Origin: Acaryochloris thomasi RCC1774
GTDB taxonomy: Bacteria; Cyanobacteriota; Cyanobacteriia; Thermosynechococcales; Thermosynechococcaceae
Assembly (NCBI RefSeq): GCF_003231495.1
Contig: NZ_PQWO01000003.1
Coordinates: 90,001-122,000, forward strand
DNA length: 32,000 bases
Reading direction: 5' to 3'
Positions within the stretch are counted from its first letter, which is position 1; the number at the start of each line of letters is the position of its first letter. The position numbers were made by a program, and so were the translations under genes. Positions 7,493 through 14,837 of the stretch are shown here, piece after piece. The notes beneath the pieces were generated by a model. The model saw only the letters and a program-made list of their open reading frames with translations. It had not been told where the DNA came from and ran no database searches.

Positions 7493-8254
7493 ATGGATAT
7501 CGGCCCCATTGTTCAGACTCACAATGCCCCTATGGATGATCGGTTTACGGTAGAGGTTATTTCTCAGACCCCTAACCCCCAACAAGTTGCCTACGCGGCA
7601 ATGCACCAAGACTATGCAGAGCAGCTTGTTTGGACAAAGCGCGATAGCTGGCCCGGCGAAGAGAAATGCGGCGAGCTAATCGTTAAGAATTTGCTTCAGG
7701 GCAATCGAGGCCATTATGGCCCACTAGAACATCCCCAAATTGTGCTTAATTTCGGCTACTTTCCGCACAGTACGATGCAGCAGATGCGAACTCACCGGAA
7801 TGTATCCTTCGATGTACAATCCTTTCGGTACACCGGCAAAAGAATTTTGGATGTTGTCGCAGGTACGCAAGAACTAGAGGATGTTTTTTATCTGCGGCCT
7901 GTGGGTAGCTACAGTGATCGCCAGGGCAAAAAATATGACTACACCGCCGAACAGCGTCAGCAAGACTTAGACTGGTGCCACCAAGGGTGCCAGCGCTATG
8001 CCGAACGCATTGAGCAGGGACTTGCAGAAGAACATGCACGGGGGCTAATCCCCTTTGATGTGCGGCAGCATTGGGTGATGTCAGCCAATACGCGATCTCT
8101 GATGCACCTGCTCGACATTCGCGGCAAGTACGATGTCCAGCTTGAAACCCGCGTGATGACGGAGCTAATGCTGGAATGCTTCAAAGCCTGGATGCCAACG
8201 CTTGCAGAGTGGTATGAGAAAACTCGCTGGCGCAAGGGACCATTGGCTCCGTAG
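7493..8254 (+). CDS. thyX: flavin-dependent thymidylate synthase
   Basis: ThyX signature region MRTHRNVSFDVQSFRY (HRxxSxxxxSxRY) and the typical N-terminal ISQTPNP...AAMHQDY. The start could alternatively be ATG 7532. Confidence 0.9.
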   Translation: MDIGPIVQTHNAPMDDRFTVEVISQTPNPQQVAYAAMHQDYAEQLVWTKRDSWPGEEKCGELIVKNLLQGNRGHYGPLEHPQIVLNFGYFPHSTMQQMRTHRNVSFDVQSFRYTGKRILDVVAGTQELEDVFYLRPVGSYSDRQGKKYDYTAEQRQQDLDWCHQGCQRYAERIEQGLAEEHARGLIPFDVRQHWVMSANTRSLMHLLDIRGKYDVQLETRVMTELMLECFKAWMPTLAEWYEKTRWRKGPLAP

Positions 8255-8290
8255 GTTACGTCAAAGTAGTGCAAGTGGCGTGAGGCAGCA

Positions 8291-9565
8291 ATGCAAAAAT
8301 CGAAATTAGCCTGGATAGCTCTAATTAGCAGCGTGACGATACTGGGCTATATTCAGCCTGTCCACACGCTAGAAGATAGCCCCAAAGCTCTCGTTGATCA
8401 GGCTTGGCAAATCGTTCACCGTCAGTACGTTGACCGTGATTTTAATCAAATTGATTGGCAGGCGGTTCGTCAAGACTATCTGAAGCGCAGCTATAGCTCT
8501 CCACAACAAGCCTATATTGCAGTGCAGGAGATGCTGAAGCCGCTAGAGGATCCCTACACGCGTTTCTTGCCGCCTAATAATATTAAAGATTTGGTCGATA
8601 AAGTTTCGGGCGAATTCATTGGGGTCGGTTTAACCGTGGGCGTCAACGCTCTCAGTGACGAATGGGTTGTAGTTGAACCTTTACCGGGATCTCCAGCAGC
8701 AGAGCAAGGCATCAAGAGAGGAGATGTTGTGGTCAGCATCAATGGGACTCGCACACCCAATATCGATCCTCGAAAGGCAAGTCAGTTCATTATTGGTCCG
8801 GTGGGCAGTAAGGTGACCCTTAGCGTTCGCAGTGGCTCTAAGACAACTGACTATGAGCTTGTGAGGGAGCAGCTTGATCTGAATCCTCTGACCTTCAAGG
8901 TGCTAGAGACTGCAGCGGGTAAGGTTGGCTATATTCAGGTTCCGGTGTTTACGACAAAGTCACCCAAGGCAATGCGTGCAGCCATTGAGACCCTAGAGGC
9001 TCAGCAGGTGAAGGGGTATGTTCTAGATTTACGTGGTAATCCGGGCGGTGTGTTTGAGGCCAGTGTAGAGATGGCCCGCATGTGGCTGAGGCCCAATCGT
9101 CTGATTTCTCTGGTGGATCAGCGCGGTGAGATTGAACGCCACGAAACAACGCAGAAGGAACTCACAGCAGCACCATTAAAGGTTCTCGTTGACGGCGAGT
9201 CGGCTAGCGCCAGTGAAGTGTTGGCAGCAGCACTCCAGGATAATCAGAGAGCGACTGTCATCGGAACTCAGACGTTTGGTAAAGGGGTGATTCAGTCTTT
9301 AGAAGCTCTGGAAGATGGATCTGGAATCGTGATTACGGTTGCCAAGTATTTAACCCCTAAGGGGCAGGATATTAACAAGATCGGGATTACCCCCGATCTT
9401 GTAGTTTCCGCTGCTGATAGAAAATCAGCAGAGCAGTCAGAGTCACGTCAATCTGAGAATATTGCGAGGATCTCCGACCGGCCTTCGGCCATCGCAACTC
9501 AGCAGCCCAGAGCTGATCAACAGCTTCAGCGAGCCTTAAAGGAGCTAGCGCAGCAGATGCGTTGA
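8291..9565 (+). CDS. carboxyl-terminal processing protease (peptidase S41A, Ctp family) with PDZ domain
   Basis: Signal/anchor MQKSKLAWIALISSVTILG, PDZ region GVGLTV...PGSPAAEQGIKRGDVVVSING, DLRGNPGG, catalytic Ser context GESASASEVLA and Lys context TFGKGVIQS. Which Ctp paralog this is cannot be told. Confidence 0.9.
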   Translation: MQKSKLAWIALISSVTILGYIQPVHTLEDSPKALVDQAWQIVHRQYVDRDFNQIDWQAVRQDYLKRSYSSPQQAYIAVQEMLKPLEDPYTRFLPPNNIKDLVDKVSGEFIGVGLTVGVNALSDEWVVVEPLPGSPAAEQGIKRGDVVVSINGTRTPNIDPRKASQFIIGPVGSKVTLSVRSGSKTTDYELVREQLDLNPLTFKVLETAAGKVGYIQVPVFTTKSPKAMRAAIETLEAQQVKGYVLDLRGNPGGVFEASVEMARMWLRPNRLISLVDQRGEIERHETTQKELTAAPLKVLVDGESASASEVLAAALQDNQRATVIGTQTFGKGVIQSLEALEDGSGIVITVAKYLTPKGQDINKIGITPDLVVSAADRKSAEQSESRQSENIARISDRPSAIATQQPRADQQLQRALKELAQQMR

Positions 9566-9591
9566 ATCTAAACATTTTAATTCAACGCATC
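9556..9591 (+). terminator. perfect 12-bp-stem hairpin overlapping the ctp stop codon
   Basis: gatgcgttgaat (9556-9567), loop ctaaacatttta, then attcaacgcatc (9580-9591). It is followed by a moderately T-rich stretch (tattgtcttt) and lies between convergent genes. Confidence 0.5.
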
Positions 9592-9614
9592 TATTGTCTT
9601 TAGAGGCTAAACTG

Positions 9615-9635
9615 TGGGGCACATAGAATGCCCCA
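9615..9635. terminator. 7-bp GC-rich hairpin between ctp and the lipoxygenase gene
   Basis: tggggca (9615-9621), loop catagaa, then tgcccca (9629-9635). It sits 20 nt beyond the lipoxygenase stop. There is no strong U-tract on either strand. Confidence 0.35.
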
Positions 9636-9655
9636 GCACAATCAGCGGAGACACT

Positions 9656-11332
9656 CTAGATACTGATGCTATTCAAGATTAAAGAGGGCTTTAGGTAGGG
9701 ATACTCAATCACGCGTTTGCGGTTATCGAGATCAATTTCAGTCTCTACGACTCGTAGATTCTGCTTGAACTGCTCGACAACAGCATCAACAGCGGTGTCA
9801 AAACTGCTTCCAGCAAAAGCATCCTTGAAGGTGCGGTCATAGTAGCCCAACTTGTCATAGCGATAGTCCGTCAAAATATTCATGATTTGAAGCTGTCCTG
9901 CAGCCTGCTGGTAGGGCGGCAGATACTGCATCAGGTGGGCTTCGTCAGTGATGGCAGGTTTAGTCTCGGAGCCGTTTTCAAGACCTGTTAGATCTTGATA
10001 GGCCGCTAGGGGAATGTTGGAGGCCAGAGCCATATATTCATATTGGGTATAGTTGACGGCACAGTGCTGCGGGCCACAGGTAAAAATAATGGTGGTCACC
10101 ATTTCAACGAGCGGCTCTAGCGCTTGAATATGCTCGGGCACGCCTTTGATGCGTCCGCCCTGCGGATCGCGCAGTTCTTTAAGCCAGCTCTGTAGCTCTT
10201 CATCGTTTTTAAGAGCGTCAGAGTCAGCATAAAAGAGCCGCAGGTAGTCGGTCACAAATTTATAAATCGCATCCCAGACGAGCTGGCCGTCATCTCGGTA
10301 AGGGAAATGGGGCAGATCTGGGCTATCCATACCGCGATTGCGAACCTCGGTGGGGAAGGAAAACTGATCAAGGCTCCAGGATTCAAAGGAATTTTTGACA
10401 ACCTGCAAAGATTCGGCCAGCGTCCCGGCCAAAAGCTTATCTACCGGGCCACCGTGTTGTATGAGCTGCTTCCGGCCCAGCTCGTTGTTGGCCAACATAA
10501 ATCGGAAGTGAGGCTGCAGTAAAATATAGAGTGGGTGATCTTCGGCCAGTTGGCGTGCAGTGACTACGGCAATGGGTTCCATAACAAAATGAGTGCGACA
10601 CAGATGGCTGCTCATCTCGTGATGATTACCGTCAGCAATCTGGACACAGAGTTTGGCAAATAACCAGTCAAGATGGGCATCTCGGGGCGTATAGACTCGA
10701 CCACTGTTGTTTTGCTGAATCTGAATGGCAATGGGCAGTAGTTCGCCATGATCGCTGGTCTTGTGATCGCGATACCCCATTGACTGCCAACTAAAAAGAG
10801 CAAAGGGAGTGGGTAGGTACTTTTTGCCCTTGGCGTAGGTTCCCCCCTGGATAAAGCTGAGTTCGCTGTAGTCAACGTAGTAAAGATTACGCTCGACGAG
10901 CGTTTTACCCTTGGTTGCTAGCTGTTGCTTAATATTGAGATATGCCGACGGCGGATTGCTGGGATCAAGTCTGCGAATTGCCATTGGATTCGCTCCTGAC
11001 AACCGCTGTTCAGCAAAGACTTCATCCGTTTGGAATGTATTGGCAATAGCCGGTTTAGGCAGCAAGGTAAACAAGTCGTCATAATCCTCCAGGCGATCTA
11101 GGGGATCTAAGAGAGAATGAGCCTTCGCCGCCAACATATTGACCGGGAGATCAGCGGCGCGCGTTAGACGTTCGGCAAGATAAGCGCCGGAGAAATTCTC
11201 ATCCTTGGGAACTTCATCCAGCATGGCCAGCGGTGCCAGATACTCGAAGTTAAATTGATAGCGCTCCTGCTGCTGCTTGAGTAGAGCTTGACGCGCTTGT
11301 AGGTCGGGATCGTTCTGAGGCAGGCTGGGCAT
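9656..11332 (-). CDS. lipoxygenase, compact bacterial 'mini-LOX' form (558 aa)
   Basis: Iron-ligand motifs are HHEMSSHLCRTHFVMEP (His-X4-His) and QHCAVNYTQYEY (His...Asn). The protein ends ...LILNSISI, with the C-terminal Ile typical of lipoxygenases. At this length there is no room for an N-terminal PLAT domain. Confidence 0.9.
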   Translation of the reverse strand: MPSLPQNDPDLQARQALLKQQQERYQFNFEYLAPLAMLDEVPKDENFSGAYLAERLTRAADLPVNMLAAKAHSLLDPLDRLEDYDDLFTLLPKPAIANTFQTDEVFAEQRLSGANPMAIRRLDPSNPPSAYLNIKQQLATKGKTLVERNLYYVDYSELSFIQGGTYAKGKKYLPTPFALFSWQSMGYRDHKTSDHGELLPIAIQIQQNNSGRVYTPRDAHLDWLFAKLCVQIADGNHHEMSSHLCRTHFVMEPIAVVTARQLAEDHPLYILLQPHFRFMLANNELGRKQLIQHGGPVDKLLAGTLAESLQVVKNSFESWSLDQFSFPTEVRNRGMDSPDLPHFPYRDDGQLVWDAIYKFVTDYLRLFYADSDALKNDEELQSWLKELRDPQGGRIKGVPEHIQALEPLVEMVTTIIFTCGPQHCAVNYTQYEYMALASNIPLAAYQDLTGLENGSETKPAITDEAHLMQYLPPYQQAAGQLQIMNILTDYRYDKLGYYDRTFKDAFAGSSFDTAVDAVVEQFKQNLRVVETEIDLDNRKRVIEYPYLKPSLILNSISI

Positions 11333-11443
11333 GACAGTTACCTAATTCACTAAACTGATCTAATGAAGACTTCAGGCAGAACGACAATATTTATGTCGGA
11401 TTTGGGAAATGCTTACAATCTGAAATGTCTATCCTCAGAGTGT

Positions 11444-12313
11444 TCAAAAGCGGCTGGTGCGTTTATCAATCATGTCGGCCAGTAGGGCAAAAATACCAAC
11501 TTGAGTGGTCGCAATTAACAGTATGAGGGTCCGCTCAGTCAAATCCTGACGGATAAAAATATCTTGACCGAGAGTAAACAGAAAACCAACGAAGAATAAG
11601 CCCGCCAAAGGCAAAAACACCTTCAATGGCGCAAAGTAAACGCCGGTTCGCAAAATCAACTGAACAAAGCGAATCGTGTCACGGATCGGCTTAATCTTGC
11701 TGCGTCCCACCCGCAGATGATAATCAATAGGCTCGTAGTGAACGGCATACTGATTGGTCAGCATGGCAACCGTGATGGTGGTCGTAAAGCTGAAGGTATC
11801 CGGCAAAATTCGCAGGAATCGCTCAGCAATAGATTTACGAAACACTCGCATCCCGCTGTTGAGGTCAGGAATCGGGGAACCGGTAATCCACTGAGCAAAC
11901 CGGACTAAGAAAAACTTAGGAATCTTGCGAATATTGGAATAACGAACATTGGCCCCAGTTCTGGCCCCCACCACCATATCGAAGTCAGCCGCGAGAGAAA
12001 CAAGATAAGGAATCTGTTCGTGGGGATAGGTGCCGTCGGCGTCGGTAATTACAATCCAGGGATATCGCGCTCTTTTGATACCGGTTTTCAGGGCTGCGCC
12101 ATAGCCGCGATTGCGCCTGTGGGTGAGTACGGTAACGTCTTTACGGGTAGCGAGAACGTTGGGGGTGCGATCGCAAGATCCATCGTCTACAGCAATAATT
12201 TCATACTGACACTGGGCCGCATCCAAAATTTCTTGGAGCTGCTCAATGGTGGATTCAATGACATCCTCTTCGTTGTATACCGGCAGAACGAGGGAAAAAC
12301 TAGAGTCGGGCAT
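11444..12313 (-). CDS. family 2 glycosyltransferase, polyprenyl-phosphate sugar synthase type (ArnC/GtrB/DPM1-like)
   Basis: LVLPVYNEEDVI, IIAVDDGSCDRT, NRGYGAALKTG and VITDADGTYP (DXD) motifs, plus two C-terminal transmembrane helices. Start moved to ATG 12313; the track start 12331 is TTG. Confidence 0.85.
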   Translation of the reverse strand: MPDSSFSLVLPVYNEEDVIESTIEQLQEILDAAQCQYEIIAVDDGSCDRTPNVLATRKDVTVLTHRRNRGYGAALKTGIKRARYPWIVITDADGTYPHEQIPYLVSLAADFDMVVGARTGANVRYSNIRKIPKFFLVRFAQWITGSPIPDLNSGMRVFRKSIAERFLRILPDTFSFTTTITVAMLTNQYAVHYEPIDYHLRVGRSKIKPIRDTIRFVQLILRTGVYFAPLKVFLPLAGLFFVGFLFTLGQDIFIRQDLTERTLILLIATTQVGIFALLADMIDKRTSRF

Positions 12314-12320
12314 TTGAAGC

Positions 12321-13364
12321 TTAGGAAACAAAGTGAGGCATGACCTGTGCTGAAGTCAGCAATCCACAGAATCCCTGCTGGTGAAGCTGAGCACCTGCCT
12401 TCAGGTAACCAAAGGCGGGACCGCAGACATTTGCCGCCATGCTAGTTTCGTCACCGAGCGTAAAGGTGTGGGTCGAAATCTTGCCTTCAAAGGTACGTCC
12501 CGTGATTTGAACATTCGTACTCAGGGGCTTCTTGGCGTTGCGGGTATCGACAACGCCACCAACGGTGACGCGATCTCGTCCACAAATTCCGGCCATTTCT
12601 AGAATCACGTCGTCAGCATGTTCCATGTCTTCGAGAGTGAGCAGACCATTCGTCTCTTCTAAAAGCGTCTCTACCTCTGCATCCGTCATGGCCTGAGCCT
12701 GAGCAATCGTGTACCCCGGTAGATGACCGATATCTTCTCGAATGGTGGCTCTATAAGCCTCCCAATTGCCGATGCCAACGCCAAAGGTGATTTTGACCTG
12801 ATGAATTTCAGCGTAGCTTTGGGCTGCGAGGGCTGCTGCTGCCGTTAGCAATCCTGGAGTTGCACCGCAACCGGTCACATAGGTAATACCCGCTTCTTTT
12901 AGCTCTGACTGCAGTTCAATGAGCTGCTCAACGGCGCTGGTGCGCTTAATGGCGTCCACGAGGACACCCTGCCAGCCGGAGGCAACAAACTGCTTGGCAA
13001 CCGAGGCCATGAAGGTGTTAGGCAAGTTGGGGAGCGCCAGGAAGAAGCCCGCTACGTTCTGACTACGTCCAATTAAATCGGCGATGCTTTGTTCGCTAAG
13101 GACGCCACTCGGCTCTAGATACCCCAAAGAGCCTTGGGATTGATAGGTTGCGATCGCATCTTTCAGATCAAGTCCTTCAGGACTATAGGCATAGCCTTTT
13201 TTATCCGCTGCCGCCACTAGACGCATCTGCTGCTTGGGAGCCAACACATGAGCTGCAGCCTGACCCAGACCACCAAAGCCCAAGACACCCACCGGAATTG
13301 GATTGACCTGATTCGTCACTGGCTTCTTTCCTATACGTGAACATGCCCCAACATTATCAGCCAA
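12321..13364 (-). CDS. NAD(P)-binding oxidoreductase, saccharopine-dehydrogenase-like fold (function unknown)
   Basis: Rossmann motif [17 protein letters not shown], and a GCGATPGLL motif resembling saccharopine/diaminopimelate dehydrogenase families. The start is uncertain: the track start is TTG 13364, and GTG 13319, preceded by GGAAAG, is an alternative. The stop is 7 nt from the GT2 ATG. Confidence 0.7.
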   Translation of the reverse strand: MADNVGACSRIGKKPVTNQVNPIPVGVLGFGGLGQAAAHVLAPKQQMRLVAAADKKGYAYSPEGLDLKDAIATYQSQGSLGYLEPSGVLSEQSIADLIGRSQNVAGFFLALPNLPNTFMASVAKQFVASGWQGVLVDAIKRTSAVEQLIELQSELKEAGITYVTGCGATPGLLTAAAALAAQSYAEIHQVKITFGVGIGNWEAYRATIREDIGHLPGYTIAQAQAMTDAEVETLLEETNGLLTLEDMEHADDVILEMAGICGRDRVTVGGVVDTRNAKKPLSTNVQITGRTFEGKISTHTFTLGDETSMAANVCGPAFGYLKAGAQLHQQGFCGLLTSAQVMPHFVS

Positions 13365-13435
13365 GAGGGGAGCCTGCGATCAAGTTGAGAACGATAAAGT
13401 CTCACGATTGACCCACGAAGGGTCCAGGCAAGACA

Positions 13436-13597
13436 ATGCTTCATGAAAATTCACATACTGGCGACAGCTCGACACAGAAAGGGACTCAGTATAAACTCAC
13501 AGTTAAAGCAACTGCTCCTGCAATTAAATACTTTTATGATGTTTTCAATGCAGTTCGTAACGTTTTACACGCGTTAGCTTCAGAAACAATTAGATAG
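13436..13597 (+). CDS. possible unannotated 53-codon ORF in divergent intergenic region
   Basis: ATG 13436 to TAG 13595-13597, translated by hand: MLHENSHTGDSSTQKGTQYKLTVKATAPAIKYFYDVFNAVRNVLHALASETIR. It falls below the 60-aa cut-off of the ORF track. No clear Shine-Dalgarno sequence and no family recognised. Confidence 0.2.
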   Translation: MLHENSHTGDSSTQKGTQYKLTVKATAPAIKYFYDVFNAVRNVLHALASETIR

Positions 13598-13649
13598 CCC
13601 CAAGTTCAGCCCCTGCATCGCCTTAGTTTTTTAGTACGACAGGAACAGC

Positions 13650-13862
13650 ATGGAAACCCTGGAATTTGTCATTCACCCCGATGGTCGTGTTGAAGAGAAA
13701 GTGACTGGAATCGTGGGGTCTTCCTGCGCCGAAGTCACCGCCGCCATTGAGGCACAGCTCGGTCCGGTCATTAGCGCCCAGAAAACCTCAGAATTTTTTG
13801 CCCAAACAGAGACGGTGCAGCAGAAAGACGCAACCGCTGCAAAAGTTCATAGCCAGTGGTAG
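13650..13862 (+). CDS. DUF2997-family small protein
   Basis: METLEFVIHPDGRVEEKVTGIVGSSCAEVTAAIEAQLG matches my memory of the DUF2997 pattern (IxxDGxVxxxVxGxxGxxC). AGGAA lies upstream of the ATG, and the gene sits directly upstream of ycf35, as is usual for this family. Confidence 0.7.
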   Translation: METLEFVIHPDGRVEEKVTGIVGSSCAEVTAAIEAQLGPVISAQKTSEFFAQTETVQQKDATAAKVHSQW

Positions 13863-13929
13863 GCAGCGCCTTGCCCCTGAGAACTTGGTTCACGCTTCCT
13901 TTATTGTTCAGCTAATTTTAGATAACGCT

Positions 13930-14316
13930 ATGTCACACTTCAGCCAGATCAAAACTCAAATCCGCAACCTACCTGCTTTAGAATCTGCCCTTGCTGACCT
14001 TGAACTGCCCTATAAGGCTGGTCCTCACCCTGTACGCGGTTATCAGGGCCAAACCCAAACGGCAGAGGTCGTCATTGAGCAAGAGAACGGTTACGACATC
14101 GGCTTTAGCAAGCAAGGCGAAGCCTATGAGTTAGTGGCTGATATGGACTTCTGGGCTCAGAACTGGTCTGTGAATCGCTTTCTAGAAAAAGTGACGCAGC
14201 GATACGCTTATCACACCGTCGTTAGCACGACAGCCGATCAGGGCTTTCAGGTCACTGAGCAGAAAGAAAATGCTGACGGTACTATTCAGCTTGTTGTCCA
14301 ACGCTGGAGTTCCTAG
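13930..14316 (+). CDS. ycf35: Ycf35 / DUF1257-family protein (128 aa)
   Basis: MSHFSQIKTQIRNLPALESALADLELPYK...VVIEQENGYDIGFSKQGEAYELVADMDFW... is the typical DUF1257 (Ycf35) sequence. The track ORF 13747-14316 overlaps the previous gene, so the in-frame ATG at 13930 is taken as the start. Confidence 0.8.
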   Translation: MSHFSQIKTQIRNLPALESALADLELPYKAGPHPVRGYQGQTQTAEVVIEQENGYDIGFSKQGEAYELVADMDFWAQNWSVNRFLEKVTQRYAYHTVVSTTADQGFQVTEQKENADGTIQLVVQRWSS

Positions 14317-14769
14317 ATGACTGGACCTTCTGACCCTCTTCAGACTCAATCCTCGACAGAGGAAAATCGGTCGGGCTTAGAACCTGAATTGGGCGGTCAG
14401 CTCCGCAGCCATCCTGAACGCTCTGGCCTAGAGCCGGAGCTGGGTGGGGTGCTTAGGCAGAAAGGTGTATACGTCGATGAGCCAACCTGTATTGGCTGTA
14501 AGCATTGTGCCCACGTGGCCCGCAATACCTTTTATATAGAGCCGTTCAATGGTCGCTCACGGGCCTTTCGGCAGGATGGCGACCCGGTAGAGGTAATCCA
14601 AGAGGCGATAGATACGTGTCCGGTGGACTGTATCCATTGGACCGACTATACAGAGTTGAAGCAACTGGAACGCGATCGCAAGTATCAGAAGGTCAACATC
14701 ATGGGTTCACCGGTTCCCGCAACTTACAAGCGACGCAAGCAGGGCAGAACAAAGCCAGGGCGTTCGTAG
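14317..14769 (+). CDS. bacterial-type [4Fe-4S] ferredoxin-domain protein with repeat-containing N-terminus and basic C-terminal tail
   Basis: Cluster motif CIGCKHCAHV ... CPVDCIHW (CxxCxxC...CP). The ATG abuts the ycf35 stop (TAGATG). The N-terminus carries the duplicated RSGLEPELGG, and the C-terminus is YKRRKQGRTKPGRS. Confidence 0.85.
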   Translation: MTGPSDPLQTQSSTEENRSGLEPELGGQLRSHPERSGLEPELGGVLRQKGVYVDEPTCIGCKHCAHVARNTFYIEPFNGRSRAFRQDGDPVEVIQEAIDTCPVDCIHWTDYTELKQLERDRKYQKVNIMGSPVPATYKRRKQGRTKPGRS

Positions 14770-14837
14770 AGATGTAGTGCGGTTTAGCAGAATGCTGATA
14801 GAGCTGATTAGAACAACGTAGTGCGCCATTGCATTCA

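Noticed and set aside
9656-11332. Lipoxygenase as a recent horizontal acquisition.
   Set aside because: By eye, its G+C and codon style match the flanking genes, and no mobility genes or flanking repeats are present. The lack of HIP1 within 1.7 kb is not statistically meaningful at about one site per 1.7 kb.
13747-13929. 5' extension of the ycf35 ORF (track ORF 13747-14316) overlapping the DUF2997 gene in another frame.
   Set aside because: The extension (MRHSSVRSLAPRKPQNF...) is Arg/Ser/Pro-rich out-of-frame read-through of the DUF2997 gene. The DUF1257 homology begins at the in-frame ATG 13930.
14505-14777. 90-aa ORF overlapping the ferredoxin gene in another frame.
   Set aside because: The ferredoxin frame carries the CxxCxxC...CP cluster motif. 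The overlapping frame is Gly/Arg-rich with no features.
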